A stretch of DNA of 63,794 bases, filler included. It is 4 parts of 4 records of this genome, joined end to end, with 100 filler letters (N's around TTAATTAATTAA, not from the genome) between each part and the next. Parts side by side here need not be neighbours in the genome. Positions count along the whole stretch, not along the records: positions 28,076 to 43,907 come from DRR723986_7124; 3 more parts are not named here. One strand, written 5' to 3'. The notes beneath the pieces were generated by a model. That model saw only the letters and a program-made list of their open reading frames with translations, did no database searches and had not been told where the DNA came from. Position numbers and translations under genes: made by a program. Shown here piece by piece: positions 28,987-39,421 of this stretch (position 1 is the stretch's first letter; each line of letters opens with the position of its first letter).

Positions 28987-30494
28987 ACGGTGTGGAAATG
29001 TCTCAAGCGGATCAGATGTCGGGTCAGCTTTCCGGTCTGGACCAGTTTCGGCAGAAGTTTGCGCGGATGCTGATCCATTTTATCTGGGTGAATGTCTTCC
29101 TGGTCATGGGAACGGCCTGGTGGGTTGGCTATGTTTCGCTCGTGGCGGTTTGCGGAGCAGCATTGCTCCTGGGTGTTGCGGCCACCGGTACATGGATCAA
29201 GTTCGGAGCCGGCGTCGAAACGCGCCTTGCCACCTCCATGTCCCTTGCCGGGCTGGTTGCCCTGTTCGTGGCCGCTCTGGCGACGCCGGATGGGCAGATC
29301 ACCTATCAGCTCGACGCGCATATGTATTTCTTCGCCGTTCTGGCGATCCTGGCCAGCTGGGTCGACTGGCGGGCGCTGGTTGCCTATGCAGCCGTCGTCG
29401 CCGTGCACCACCTTGTCCTGAATTTCGCCATGCCCTGGGCCGTTTTCCCCGGTGGGGCGGATTTCAGCCGCGTGGTCTTTCATGCGCTTGTCGTGGTTGC
29501 GGAAGTCGGCGCACTCTGGTGGATGACCGACAGCCTGGCACGAGCGTTCGCCGCTTCCGACAAGGCGCGCGAAGAGGCCGAAGCCGCGCGCGCCCAGGCA
29601 ATGGTGCTGCAGCACCGGACCGCTGAAAATGACGAAATGGAGCGCGCCAAGCAGAAGGTCATCAACGAACGCATCATGGCGTTTGAAAGTGATATCGCTG
29701 CCAAGCTGGACGGTGTCGGCCTGAAAGTGCGCGAAATGCGGGATGCCGCAACCGAGCTGGGCACAGTTGCCGAAAACACCTCGTCGCGTGCAGGCTCCGT
29801 ATCGGATGCGTCCGAAACGGCGTCCTCAAACGTGCAGATGGTTGCTTCCGCCGCAGAAGAGCTGTCGTCCTCGATCGCGGAGATTTCGCGCCAGGTCGAA
29901 CAGACCACCGGCATCGTCAACCGGGCGACGGAAAATGCGCAAACCAGCAACAGCAAGGTCGCGGGCCTTGCGAATGCGGCCAATCGGATTGGCGAGGTCG
30001 TTACGCTGATTCAGGCGATTGCCGAACAGACCAACCTTCTGGCTCTCAACGCCACCATCGAGGCGGCCCGCGCGGGCGAAGCTGGCAGGGGCTTTGCGGT
30101 TGTTGCCGCCGAAGTGAAGGAACTGGCGACACAGACGTCCAAGGCAACGGAAGAAATCGGCGCCCAGATCGCGGCGATCCAGGCGGAAACCAAGGACGCG
30201 GTGGAATCCATCGGAGTGATTGCGACGACGATGGACGAGGTCAACAGCTATACGGCCGCCATCGCTGCCGCCGTTGGCGAACAAGGCGCGGCGACCCAGG
30301 AAATCTCGCGCAATGTGGCGGAAGCCGCGGACGGCACGGGACGGGTTGCCAACAACATCGACGGTGTGCGGGAATCTGTCGAACGCACCAGCCACTCGGT
30401 CGGCTCCATGGTCGAGGCGGCCGAGACCCTCGATCTGGAGACCCAGGACATGCGCCGGGCAATCACCGCATTCCTGAAGGATGTCGCGGCCTGA
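28983..30494 (+). CDS. Methyl-accepting chemotaxis protein with a His-rich multi-TM sensor
   Basis: [34 protein letters not shown] signalling domain; N-terminal TM bundle with DAHMYFF, DWR and VHHL. Confidence 0.93.
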   Translation: MNGVEMSQADQMSGQLSGLDQFRQKFARMLIHFIWVNVFLVMGTAWWVGYVSLVAVCGAALLLGVAATGTWIKFGAGVETRLATSMSLAGLVALFVAALATPDGQITYQLDAHMYFFAVLAILASWVDWRALVAYAAVVAVHHLVLNFAMPWAVFPGGADFSRVVFHALVVVAEVGALWWMTDSLARAFAASDKAREEAEAARAQAMVLQHRTAENDEMERAKQKVINERIMAFESDIAAKLDGVGLKVREMRDAATELGTVAENTSSRAGSVSDASETASSNVQMVASAAEELSSSIAEISRQVEQTTGIVNRATENAQTSNSKVAGLANAANRIGEVVTLIQAIAEQTNLLALNATIEAARAGEAGRGFAVVAAEVKELATQTSKATEEIGAQIAAIQAETKDAVESIGVIATTMDEVNSYTAAIAAAVGEQGAATQEISRNVAEAADGTGRVANNIDGVRESVERTSHSVGSMVEAAETLDLETQDMRRAITAFLKDVAA

Positions 30495-30525
30495 GAGTAC
30501 GGCCGCAACAGATCGTGATCTTCTG

Positions 30526-30553
30526 AAACCGGCGGCCAGTCCGCCGGTTTTTT
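30526..30553 (+). terminator. Intrinsic terminator after the MCP
   Basis: AAACCGGCGG-CCAGT-CCGCCGGTTTTTT. Confidence 0.75.
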
Positions 30554-30696
30554 CGTTCTTGGGGTGCTCTCCTGTCCTGCATGCTTGACCTGATGTCGCT
30601 TGAATGCCATGAGCCGCCCCTAACGAACCAGCGTTGCGGATGAAAACGCGCCACGCTGGCAGCATTCTTCACCCTTGCGGACACTGACGCCAAACG

Positions 30697-32553
30697 ATGC
30701 CTGCATCCTCCTTCGCGCCCGGAACGGTCCTGCTGCTGGACCTGTTGAAGCAGCGGTCTGCGCTGTTGTTTCAGGCGCCGGATGAGGTGATCACCTGCTC
30801 CCGGCTCGAGGAGGTTCAGGGCTGCCTCGAACAGCTTGAGGCCGCCCAGGCGGACGGGCGCCATGCGGCAGGCTACCTTGCCTATGAACTGGGTTTTGCC
30901 TTCGAGGAAAAGCTGCGGCAACGGTTTCATCAAACAAAAGAGCCGTTGCTCTGGTTCGGGCTGTATGGCGCGCCGGAGGAACTGGGTCTCGACGAAGCCA
31001 AAGCTATGCTGGAAAGCGTGGCTGGCGACGGCGAGGCTGCCATCGGCAAGCCGGAGTTCGATATGGACAGGGCCGCTTACGATACGGCCTTTGCCCGCGT
31101 CCGCGACCATCTGGCGAAGGGCGACATCTATCAGGTCAACCTGACCATGCGCGCGCGGTTCCGGCACCAGGGGGCTCCTGAACGGATCTTCCAGACCCTT
31201 CTGCGTCGCCAGCCGGTGGAATTTGCCGCTTTCCTGCGCCTTGAAGACCGGACGATCCTGTCTCTCTCGCCGGAACTCTTCCTGGAGCGCCGGGGCACCT
31301 GCCTGCGGACCAAACCCATGAAGGGCACCGCGCCCCGAGGGCGTTACGCTTCCGAGGACGCCACGATTGCGCGCACGCTTTCAAGCGATCCCAAGCAGCG
31401 GTCCGAAAACACCATGATCGTCGACCTGATGCGCAACGACCTTTCGCGCATCGCCGATACCGGCACGGTCAAGGTGACCAGGCTGTGCGAGGTGGAGCGC
31501 TACCAAAGCCTTCACCAGATGACCTCGACGGTCGAAGCTGAAGTTCCCGATGACGTCGGCTTTGCACGCATCGCCGAACATCTCTTCCCCTGCGGTTCGA
31601 TTACGGGAGCGCCGAAACTCAGCGCCATGCAGATTGCCCAGGATCTGGAAACCGGCCCGCGTGGCGTCTACACCGGTTCGATCGGCTATCTCGCTCCTGG
31701 AGGCGATTTCCGGCTGAATGTCGCCATCCGGACACTGGTGTTGCGAAACGACGGCAGCGGCGAAGCCGGAAGCGGGTCCGGTGTGATCTTCGACAGTGGC
31801 GCGTCTCCCGAATACGACGAATGCGCCTTGAAACTGAGGTTCATGAGCGAGGACACGCCGGGCTTCGATCTGATCGAGACGCTGGCTTATCACCCGGGCG
31901 ACGGCTACCTGCTTCTGGAACGGCACATGCAGCGCCTGCAGGCCTCATCTGCCTATTTCGGCTTTCCTTTCCGCGAAGAAGATGTGCGTGAGGAGCTTCT
32001 GCAGCATGTTCGCACCTTTGCCGGTTCAAGGCGTGTGCGGCTGTTGCTGTCGGCGGATGGCGGCATTTCGGTCACGTCGACGGATCTTCCGCCGGCCGGT
32101 CAGGAGGCCGTTTTCAATCTGGTGATTGCGCAAGAAACCACGTGGTCAACCGACAGGTTCCTGTTCCACAAGACCACCAACCGGGCCTTTTACGATGACA
32201 CGCGCCAGCGGTATCAGGCGGAAACCGGTTGCCAGGAGGTACTGTTCCTGAACGAGAACGGCTATCTCACCGAGGGCAGCTACACCACTCTTTTCGTGAA
32301 GCTGAACGGCAGCTTGCAGACGCCTGCGCTTCGTCACGGGCTTCTCCCCGGCACCTTTCGGGCGGGGCTTCTGGAACGTGGTCTGGCAAGCGAAGCAGAC
32401 CTTACGCTTCAGGATCTGCAAGAGGCCGAGGAAGTCTACGTCGGCAATTCCGTGCGCGGTCTGATACGCGCTCGCCTGCTTTCGGAACAAGCGAGTGGTT
32501 CGTGGCACATGGAAGCCGGGCAACACAAAGAAGCCACCCGCAAGGCAGGGTGA
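30697..32553 (+). CDS. pabB: Aminodeoxychorismate synthase component I fused to ADC lyase (PabB-PabC)
   Basis: GDIYQVNLT, SPELF, PMKGTAPRG, ENTMIVDLMRND, FPCGSITGAPK; C-terminal aminotransferase IV motifs HKTT, LTEGS, GLLPGTFR. Confidence 0.9.
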   Translation: MPASSFAPGTVLLLDLLKQRSALLFQAPDEVITCSRLEEVQGCLEQLEAAQADGRHAAGYLAYELGFAFEEKLRQRFHQTKEPLLWFGLYGAPEELGLDEAKAMLESVAGDGEAAIGKPEFDMDRAAYDTAFARVRDHLAKGDIYQVNLTMRARFRHQGAPERIFQTLLRRQPVEFAAFLRLEDRTILSLSPELFLERRGTCLRTKPMKGTAPRGRYASEDATIARTLSSDPKQRSENTMIVDLMRNDLSRIADTGTVKVTRLCEVERYQSLHQMTSTVEAEVPDDVGFARIAEHLFPCGSITGAPKLSAMQIAQDLETGPRGVYTGSIGYLAPGGDFRLNVAIRTLVLRNDGSGEAGSGSGVIFDSGASPEYDECALKLRFMSEDTPGFDLIETLAYHPGDGYLLLERHMQRLQASSAYFGFPFREEDVREELLQHVRTFAGSRRVRLLLSADGGISVTSTDLPPAGQEAVFNLVIAQETTWSTDRFLFHKTTNRAFYDDTRQRYQAETGCQEVLFLNENGYLTEGSYTTLFVKLNGSLQTPALRHGLLPGTFRAGLLERGLASEADLTLQDLQEAEEVYVGNSVRGLIRARLLSEQASGSWHMEAGQHKEATRKAG

Positions 32554-32586
32554 TAACCGGTACGCTAACAGAGCAGCGCTGACATC

Positions 32587-33231
32587 TCAGGCATTGTCCC
32601 AGGGAATGACTGTCAGCTCCGGCCAGAGGGCCTTCATCCGTGCCGCCTTTTCCGCATAGGTTTCCGGGTTCGGCTGTGTGTAATTGGGCACCAGCCGCAT
32701 GCCGAACAGGTTGGCAAGGCCGAAAGGCGCATGCAACACCATGCGCCCGTCCTTTTCGCGCCGTGCCGCCACCGAATGGGTGCGCGAGGCATAGGTCGTC
32801 AGCGAATCCATGGCACAGTCGAGAGGGCGGTATGGCCTGCCGAAACGGCTCTCGTACCACAGGTGGACACGAGCCTGATTTCTCACTTCCAGAAGGCTCG
32901 CCAAGTCGGGCAGGGCCTGGTTGACTTTGCCGATAACATCGTCCTCAGCCTCATAGGATAGATCGGTTCCGTCGAAATAGATGATGTCGAAATCCTTGAT
33001 GCCGTGCAGCAGGGGGCGGTTGGTGAGGACGTTCCAGACAGTCTGGTAGATACCGCCCGACACCAGCCAGGCATCAGGAAGGGCAAGGTTGCGGACGGTG
33101 GTCAGGATTTCCATTACATGAGGCACGGTCCTGAGGATCTGCTCAAGACCTGCCAACCGCGTCTCCTCGCTGGCCGCATAGGGATCGCCCAGCCTTGCGT
33201 CGCGTACATCCATCTGCAAATCGGCGGTCAT
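32587..33231 (-). CDS. Nucleotidyltransferase-fold protein (DUF925-like)
   Basis: LPDAWLVSGGIYQTVWN, IKDFDIIYFD, EVRNQARVHLWY, APFGL, WPEL. Confidence 0.8.
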   Translation of the reverse strand: MTADLQMDVRDARLGDPYAASEETRLAGLEQILRTVPHVMEILTTVRNLALPDAWLVSGGIYQTVWNVLTNRPLLHGIKDFDIIYFDGTDLSYEAEDDVIGKVNQALPDLASLLEVRNQARVHLWYESRFGRPYRPLDCAMDSLTTYASRTHSVAARREKDGRMVLHAPFGLANLFGMRLVPNYTQPNPETYAEKAARMKALWPELTVIPWDNA

Positions 33232-33425
33232 TTCCGGATCCTCTTTTCGCGAAGGGGCAACCTATCCGATTCTCAAGGTATCGCGCGCCGTGCATGATGA
33301 GGACCATGCACGCGAATGTGTCCTTCACAGATAAGTGCCGCCACCGGATGAGGGGGACACCGTCTTGACATGAAGCGGGTAGGCGCCATCTCCTTCGGAG
33401 ACGTTTGGTTTTTCAGGAATTGCCG

Positions 33426-33743
33426 ATGTACCTCTTGCCACGCACACAAATGATCGCCGCACTGGCCGCTTGCGGGGCGGTGCTTGTCACCGCTTTGCCA
33501 TCCGCTGCCCAATCCGGACGGCCGAATTCCACCGCCATGTCCTGCGGGCAGGTCCAGTCCATGATCAATCAGCGTGGGGCCGTCGTGCTCAGCACCGGGC
33601 GCTATACGTTCGACCGGTATGTGGCCAACCGGAGCTACTGCCAGCATGGCGAGGTCACGCGCCGGGACTACATTCCAACGAGGGACAATGCGAAATGCTA
33701 CGTGCTTCGCTGTATCAATCCCCAACCCTGGCGGTATGACTGA
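33426..33743 (+). CDS. Small secreted 4-Cys protein, paralog 1
   Basis: Signal peptide; RP..MSC...GAVVLSTG..TFDRYV...C...PTRDN..C....C. Confidence 0.8.
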   Translation: MYLLPRTQMIAALAACGAVLVTALPSAAQSGRPNSTAMSCGQVQSMINQRGAVVLSTGRYTFDRYVANRSYCQHGEVTRRDYIPTRDNAKCYVLRCINPQPWRYD

Positions 33744-33790
33744 GCCGTATCCGGGCCGGTTGCCTCCCGGACTTCAACAGGAGACGTCAT

Positions 33791-34111
33791 GTGAACCGAC
33801 TTTCCAGAAACGCATGTTTCGGCTTCCTGGCGTTTACCTGGCTCGGGGTCGCTGCCTCCGTAGAACCGGCCATGGCCCAGGCCGGGCGCCCGGACACGCG
33901 TTCAATGACATGTGCCCAGGCTCAGGAACTGGTCAGGAAAAGCGGCAGCATCGTCCTGACGACCGGCCAATCGACCTTTGACCGCTTCGTTGCAAACGGT
34001 AGCTATTGCCGGCCGCAAACGGGGCAGGTCCGTGCGAAATTTGCTCCCACGCGCGACAATCCGCAGTGCTCCGTCGGCTACAGGTGTTTCCAGAACCGGA
34101 CGCAGCGGTAA
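33791..34111 (+). CDS. Small secreted 4-Cys protein, paralog 2
   Basis: Signal peptide AMA-Q; RPD..MTC...GSIVLTTG..TFDRFV...C...PTRDN..C....C. Confidence 0.8.
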   Translation: MNRLSRNACFGFLAFTWLGVAASVEPAMAQAGRPDTRSMTCAQAQELVRKSGSIVLTTGQSTFDRFVANGSYCRPQTGQVRAKFAPTRDNPQCSVGYRCFQNRTQR

Positions 34112-34315
34112 ACGGGATCCTTCTGCAAAAACAGGATAAAGAGGCACAAGTCTTAACCGCCTTGCAGGCTTTTCTTGCTATTTCATGCGCGGACGGAGCA
34201 ACGCTGTGTTGCATTTGGAAACCGTTTCACAAATATAAAATACGGATTACCTACTGCTGGAAATCATAGCCATTTAATACATGACTTCGCCTGAATACTC
34301 AGGAAAGGCCTTGCG

Positions 34316-34654
34316 ATGAACGAGAATAATACAAGAAAACAACTGTTAATTGCGAAGTCCGCACTTCAGGCAGGCCTGTTTATGTGTGCGGCTCTTGTCC
34401 CTGTGCTGCAGGCGGAAGCGCAAACCAGGCGTCAGCCCGATACCACGCAACTGACCTGTGACCAGACGCAGGACCTGATCAAGAGATTCGGGGGCATCAA
34501 TCTGAAATCAGGCCCTTACAAGTTCGACCGGTTCGTCGTCGGCCGGAACCAGTGTTTCTCGGGCCAGACGGTGCGCCCGACATTCGTGCCGACCAAGGAC
34601 AACCCGAAATGTTCCGTCCTTGTCTGTGCAGAGATGGGGCAGGCCCGCCAGTAA
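34316..34654 (+). CDS. Small secreted 4-Cys protein, paralog 3
   Basis: Signal peptide AEA-Q; QPD..LTC...GGINLKSG..KFDRFV...C...PTKDN..C....C. Confidence 0.8.
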   Translation: MNENNTRKQLLIAKSALQAGLFMCAALVPVLQAEAQTRRQPDTTQLTCDQTQDLIKRFGGINLKSGPYKFDRFVVGRNQCFSGQTVRPTFVPTKDNPKCSVLVCAEMGQARQ

Positions 34655-34711
34655 AAAGGCCGCGCGATGGTGTTCGCGCAGCCTCTTTTTCCAGTCTTGC
34701 GAAACGCCGGT

Positions 34712-37129
34712 TCAGCCTCTCAGCGTGCCACCGGTTGCCTTCTCGACATTGGCAATGATCTTCTTTGCCACGGCGTCGATTTCCTCGTCCGTAAGGGTCT
34801 TCTGACGCGGCTGCAGTGTCACGTCGATGGCGACTGACTTCTGGCCTTCCGGCACACCCTGACCTTCGTAAATGTCGAATAGCGTGACATCGCTGACCAG
34901 CGTCTTTTCCGCGCCACGAGCCGCTTTGAGCAAGGCCTCGGCCGAAATGTCCTTGCCGACAAGGAACGCGAAGTCGCGTTGAACCGGCATGAGGCCACTG
35001 ACATTGAGGGCACCCTTGGAACGGCCACCCTTGCCTTTGGGTTCGGGCAACGCATCAAGGAAGATCTCGAAGGCGACCAGCGGTCCTTCGATGTCGAGCA
35101 GCTGCAGCGTGCGCGGATGAACTTCACCGAACACCGCCAGAACGTTTTTCGGGCCAAGCTTGAGACAGCCGGACCGGCCCGGGTGGAACGTTGCCGGGGC
35201 ATCTGCAGACACCATCAGTTTGTCTACCGGCGCGCCGATGGCCGCCAGCGCTGCTTCGGCGTCCGCCTTGGCGTCGAACACGTCGACGGCCTGGGAAACA
35301 CCCGACCAGTGCCGGCCTGAACCCTGAAGTTTCGCAGACCCGCGGCGCACGCCGGTTGCGACCATCTTCTGGCCTTCCGGAGTATCGTTCTCGAACACCT
35401 GACCGACTTCGAACAGGGCGACGTTGCCATAGCCCCGGTCGGCATTGCGCTGTGCCGCCAGCAAAAGGCCCGGAAGCAGGCTCGGGCGCATGTCGGACAT
35501 CTCGCTGGAAATCGGATTGGCCAGCGCAAGCGCAGCGCTGCCGCCACCGAAGAGTTCAGCGTGATCCTTGGCAATGAACGACCAGGTAACCGCTTCATTG
35601 AAGCCGCGGGCGGCCAGTGCCCGGCGCGCCTTGTTGCGGCGGATCTGTCCGGTGGTCAGCACCTTCTGGCCGACGGTACCGGTGCGCGGCAGTGGTGTGA
35701 ACGGAACACGCTCCAGACCGATGATGCGCACCACCTCTTCCACGAGGTCGGCCTTGCCTTCGATGTCCGGCCGCCAGCTGGGCGCGGCCACCTTGACCGT
35801 GTCACCGGCGCCGGAGATCCAGAAACCGAGCGACTTCAGGGTGACGTTTGCTTCAGCGGGCAGAACATCGACGCCGGACAGGCGCCTGATTTCCGAATAG
35901 GGGAAATCGATGATGTTGCTGGTATCCGGCACGGAACCGGCCTGCACCGTTTCGGACGGCTCGCCGCCGCACAGGTCCATGACCATGCGCGTGGCATATT
36001 CCAGACCCGGCATCATGTAGTTGGGATCGACACCACGTTCGAAACGATAGCGTGCGTCCGTATTGACGCCGAGCTTGCGCCCTGTGGCGGCAATGTCGTC
36101 CTCGTCCCAAAGGGCGGATTCGATCAGCACGTTGACAGTCTCTTCCGTGCAGCCGGAAGGCTCGCCACCCAGGATGCCGCCGAGACTTTCAACGCCGTTG
36201 TCGTCGGAAATGACGCAGATCGTGTCATCGAGCTCGTAGCTCTTGCCGTTGAGGCCGTCGATCTTCTCGCCCTGCTTGCCGCGGCGGACAACCAGATTGC
36301 CGTGAACCTTGTCGGCGTCGAACACGTGCAGCGGCCGGCCCTGATCGAATGTGATGTAGTTGGTCATGTCGACGAGGGCGTTGATCGGACGCAAGCCGAT
36401 GGCGGTCAGGCGGTCCTGCAGCCATTTCGGCGACGGGCCGTTCTTCACGCCCTTGACCAGGCGCAGGCCGAAGGCCTTGCACATCGGCTTGGTGTCGCCG
36501 AAATCGAGCGTCACGTCGACCGGGCAGGGGAAGCTGCCGCGAACCTGTTCGTTGCTGCGTTCCTTCAGCTTGCCGAGGCCGGCTGCGGCAAGATCACGGG
36601 CAATGCCGTATACGCCGGTGCAGTCCGGACGGTTCGGCGTCAGGCCGATTTCGATGACCGGCTCATCCAGGCCGGCCCATTCGGCATAGGCCATGCCGAC
36701 CGGCGCATCCGCCGGGAGATCTATGATGCCGTCATGTTCGTTGGAAAGTTCCAGCTCGCGCTCCGAGCACATCATGCCGAAGCTTTCCACGTCGCGGATC
36801 TTGCCGACGGAAAGCGTGACATCTAGGCCGGGAACATAGTCGCCCGGCTTGCCGAGCACGCCGACAAGGCCGGCGCGGGCATTCGGCGCACCGCACACAA
36901 CCTGCACCGGGTCGCCCTCGCCGGTGTCAACCTTCAGGACGCGCAGCCGGTCGGCATTCGGGTGCTGTTCGGCTTCCAGAACCTTTGCGATTCGGAACGG
37001 CTTCAGGCGGTCGGCGCGGTTGGTGACTTCCTCGACTTCCAGTCCGATCAGGGTGAGACGTTCAACGATCTCTTCCAGGCTGGCGTCGGTTTCCAGATGC
37101 TCCTTGAGCCAGGAAAGGGTGAATTTCAT
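34712..37129 (-). CDS. pheT: Phenylalanine-tRNA ligase beta subunit
   Basis: [47 protein letters not shown]. Confidence 0.97.
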   Translation of the reverse strand: MKFTLSWLKEHLETDASLEEIVERLTLIGLEVEEVTNRADRLKPFRIAKVLEAEQHPNADRLRVLKVDTGEGDPVQVVCGAPNARAGLVGVLGKPGDYVPGLDVTLSVGKIRDVESFGMMCSERELELSNEHDGIIDLPADAPVGMAYAEWAGLDEPVIEIGLTPNRPDCTGVYGIARDLAAAGLGKLKERSNEQVRGSFPCPVDVTLDFGDTKPMCKAFGLRLVKGVKNGPSPKWLQDRLTAIGLRPINALVDMTNYITFDQGRPLHVFDADKVHGNLVVRRGKQGEKIDGLNGKSYELDDTICVISDDNGVESLGGILGGEPSGCTEETVNVLIESALWDEDDIAATGRKLGVNTDARYRFERGVDPNYMMPGLEYATRMVMDLCGGEPSETVQAGSVPDTSNIIDFPYSEIRRLSGVDVLPAEANVTLKSLGFWISGAGDTVKVAAPSWRPDIEGKADLVEEVVRIIGLERVPFTPLPRTGTVGQKVLTTGQIRRNKARRALAARGFNEAVTWSFIAKDHAELFGGGSAALALANPISSEMSDMRPSLLPGLLLAAQRNADRGYGNVALFEVGQVFENDTPEGQKMVATGVRRGSAKLQGSGRHWSGVSQAVDVFDAKADAEAALAAIGAPVDKLMVSADAPATFHPGRSGCLKLGPKNVLAVFGEVHPRTLQLLDIEGPLVAFEIFLDALPEPKGKGGRSKGALNVSGLMPVQRDFAFLVGKDISAEALLKAARGAEKTLVSDVTLFDIYEGQGVPEGQKSVAIDVTLQPRQKTLTDEEIDAVAKKIIANVEKATGGTLRG

Positions 37130-37187
37130 CTTTCGATCTCTTCAAACTTGGTGCGGTCTCAGGACCGCGAAACGGGACGTGGAGGCC

Positions 37188-37841
37188 TCAGTTGCCGAGC
37201 CGGTCCACTTCGGGAATGATGGTCGCTGCGCCGTAGTTTTCGGCAAAGCGGCGGCCGATGTCGGAAAAGTCGCGGGTCCAGCCGCGCACGATCTCCGGCG
37301 TGATCTGCTGTTTGGTGGCAATCGCCTGGGCAGCTTCCGTCTCGATCCGGTCCCGCAGGATGCCGAGTTCGACCTGGGCCGCATATTCGGCCCGGTACTT
37401 GCCGAGCCAGCCCATGGCGACAATCAACACCATCACCAGAAGGGCCGCGGTGCTGGTCAAGCCGGCCCACTTGGCGGTACCGCCGATCCGCCGGTCGCTG
37501 GCGATCAGAACGATCGAAGCAATGGTCAGGAACGCCACGATATAGATTGCCTGCAGGAAGCTCTGGTACTTTTCGGCCGAGCTTGCCTCGTGGCCGGCAC
37601 GCAGACGCGTGATCCGGTCACGGAGATAAAGCAACGCGTCGGCTTCGGTGCCCAGCTTCTCCCGGAAGTAGGTATCGCAGAACCGCAGCCGGCCCCGGTT
37701 CTCGATCTTGTCCGCGCAGGCCTCGAGGAACGAGGTCGGCGTCGCGACGCGTGTTTCCTGGTCGCTGGTCTGCGCGGCTGCCGGCAACAGGGCGGCAACG
37801 GTCAGCATGGCGGCAAGAACGATGCGGATCAGCAATGACAT
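37188..37841 (-). CDS. Hypothetical membrane protein (signal peptide plus 2 TM, SLATT/DUF4231-like) between pheS and pheT
   Basis: AAA-Q signal, two Cys, two TM helices followed by GWLGKYRAEYAAQVEL. Confidence 0.7.
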   Translation of the reverse strand: MSLLIRIVLAAMLTVAALLPAAAQTSDQETRVATPTSFLEACADKIENRGRLRFCDTYFREKLGTEADALLYLRDRITRLRAGHEASSAEKYQSFLQAIYIVAFLTIASIVLIASDRRIGGTAKWAGLTSTAALLVMVLIVAMGWLGKYRAEYAAQVELGILRDRIETEAAQAIATKQQITPEIVRGWTRDFSDIGRRFAENYGAATIIPEVDRLGN

Positions 37842-37865
37842 GATGGCGCCCCCAAATTCAGGCGG

Positions 37866-38948
37866 TTAACTGGACAGACCGCCGAACAGTGTCGGCAGGT
37901 CGAGTGGGCGGAAGCCGTAATGCTGGATCCAGCGGACGTCGGCGTCGAAGAAGGCGCGCAGGTCCGGCATGCCGTATTTCAGCATCGCGATGCGGTCGAT
38001 CCCCATGCCCCAGGCAAAACCCTGGTAGACATCCGGGTCGAGGCCGCAGTTGCGGATGACGTTCGGATGAACCATGCCGCAGCCGAGAATTTCCAGCCAG
38101 TCTTCGCCCTGGCCGATCTTCACTTCGCCGCCGGACCGGTCACACTGGATGTCGACTTCCATGGACGGTTCGGTGAACGGGAAGAAGCTCGGGCGGAAGC
38201 GCATCTTGATGTCGTCGACTTCGAAGAAGGACTTGCAGAATTCCCGCAGCACCCATTTCAGATGACCGAAATGGCTGTCCTTGTCGATCACGAGGCCTTC
38301 CACCTGGTGGAACATCGGCGTGTGGGTCTGGTCACTGTCGCAGCGATAGGTCCGGCCCGGAATGATGACGCGGATCGGTGGTTCCTGATTGCGCATGGTG
38401 CGGATCTGCACCGGCGAGGTGTGCGTGCGCAGCAGCAGCCGTTCGCCGTCTTCCTTCGGATTGAAGAAGAACGTGTCGTGCATCTCGCGCGCCGGGTGGC
38501 CTTCTGGAAAGTTCAGCGCGGTGAAGTTCAGCTCGTCGGTCTCGATGTCCGGGCCTTCCGCAATGGAAAAGCCCATGTCGGCGAAGATCGCCGTCAGTTC
38601 GTCGATGACCTGGCTGACCGGGTGAATACGGCCGGTCTCCGCCGGTGTTGAGCGCAGCGGCAGGGTGATATCCACCTTCTCGCTGGCCAGCCGTGCTTCC
38701 AGGGCAGCTTCCGCCAGCACATCCTTGCGGGCGGCGATGGCGTCGGTGACCTTCGCCTTGAGGCCGTTGAGGGCAGGGCCCATCACCTGGCGCTCTTCAG
38801 GCGTCATCTTGCCGAGCGTTTTCATCTGCTCGGAAATTGAGCCCTTCTTGCCAAGGGCGGCAACGCGGATGTCTTCCAGGGCGGCTTCGGTCCCGGCGCC
38901 TTCGATGGCGGCCAGAAGATCGGATTCAAGTGTGTCGAGGTTGGACAT
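37866..38948 (-). CDS. pheS: Phenylalanine-tRNA ligase alpha subunit
   Basis: [53 protein letters not shown]. Confidence 0.97.
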   Translation of the reverse strand: MSNLDTLESDLLAAIEGAGTEAALEDIRVAALGKKGSISEQMKTLGKMTPEERQVMGPALNGLKAKVTDAIAARKDVLAEAALEARLASEKVDITLPLRSTPAETGRIHPVSQVIDELTAIFADMGFSIAEGPDIETDELNFTALNFPEGHPAREMHDTFFFNPKEDGERLLLRTHTSPVQIRTMRNQEPPIRVIIPGRTYRCDSDQTHTPMFHQVEGLVIDKDSHFGHLKWVLREFCKSFFEVDDIKMRFRPSFFPFTEPSMEVDIQCDRSGGEVKIGQGEDWLEILGCGMVHPNVIRNCGLDPDVYQGFAWGMGIDRIAMLKYGMPDLRAFFDADVRWIQHYGFRPLDLPTLFGGLSS

Positions 38949-39324
38949 GCGTACTCGGTCGTCGGTTCGCGCGGTGCGCGCGGAGGTGTCGAAACAGAAA
39001 GTCGGGGTCTTTTAGCGAATAATGGCGGTGATTGCCACGGCCTCATGCGCATTATTGCGTGAGTTCCCGAAGAGAAGAAAAGCGCCGGAATTAAAGCGCG
39101 TTAGCGCGTAAATCGACCGCAGGCGGGGCCCTGCAGCTCGATGAGGCGCACGTCGATCCCGGAAAGAGGCTGAGAGCCACTGCAAAGGCCGGAACGGCGG
39201 AAATGTGCGGTAAGGTCGCTCATGGGGCGTCAATGTAGCGAAAGGCGAGGCGTTGGCAAGCGGAAAAGGAGAGGCAGCCTTGCGCCTCAATCTGGCCAAC
39301 ACGTAGCGGCGAGCCCCAGGCACC

Positions 39325-39349
39325 GGAACTCAATCCCGACCCGGGCGTT
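39325..39349 (+). promoter_or_regulatory. Putative general-stress sigma (EcfG/RpoE2) promoter of yihY
   Basis: GGAAC-N16-CGTT, about 70 nt upstream of the ATG at 39422. Confidence 0.6.
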
Positions 39350-39421
39350 TACCTTCGAACTCCCTGCTGTTTGCCAAAGTCCGTGGACAGAAGGGCGTGG
39401 GCAGGCAACTGAGGGGGTAAC

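Noticed and set aside
30697-32553. PabB-PabC fusion without adjacent pabA
   Set aside because: A common arrangement in Proteobacteria; the amidotransferase can be encoded elsewhere.
32587-33231. Nucleotidyltransferase as a possible CBASS or toxin-antitoxin component
   Set aside because: Motifs fit the widespread stand-alone DUF925 family, with no adjacent effector, HEPN or Cap gene.
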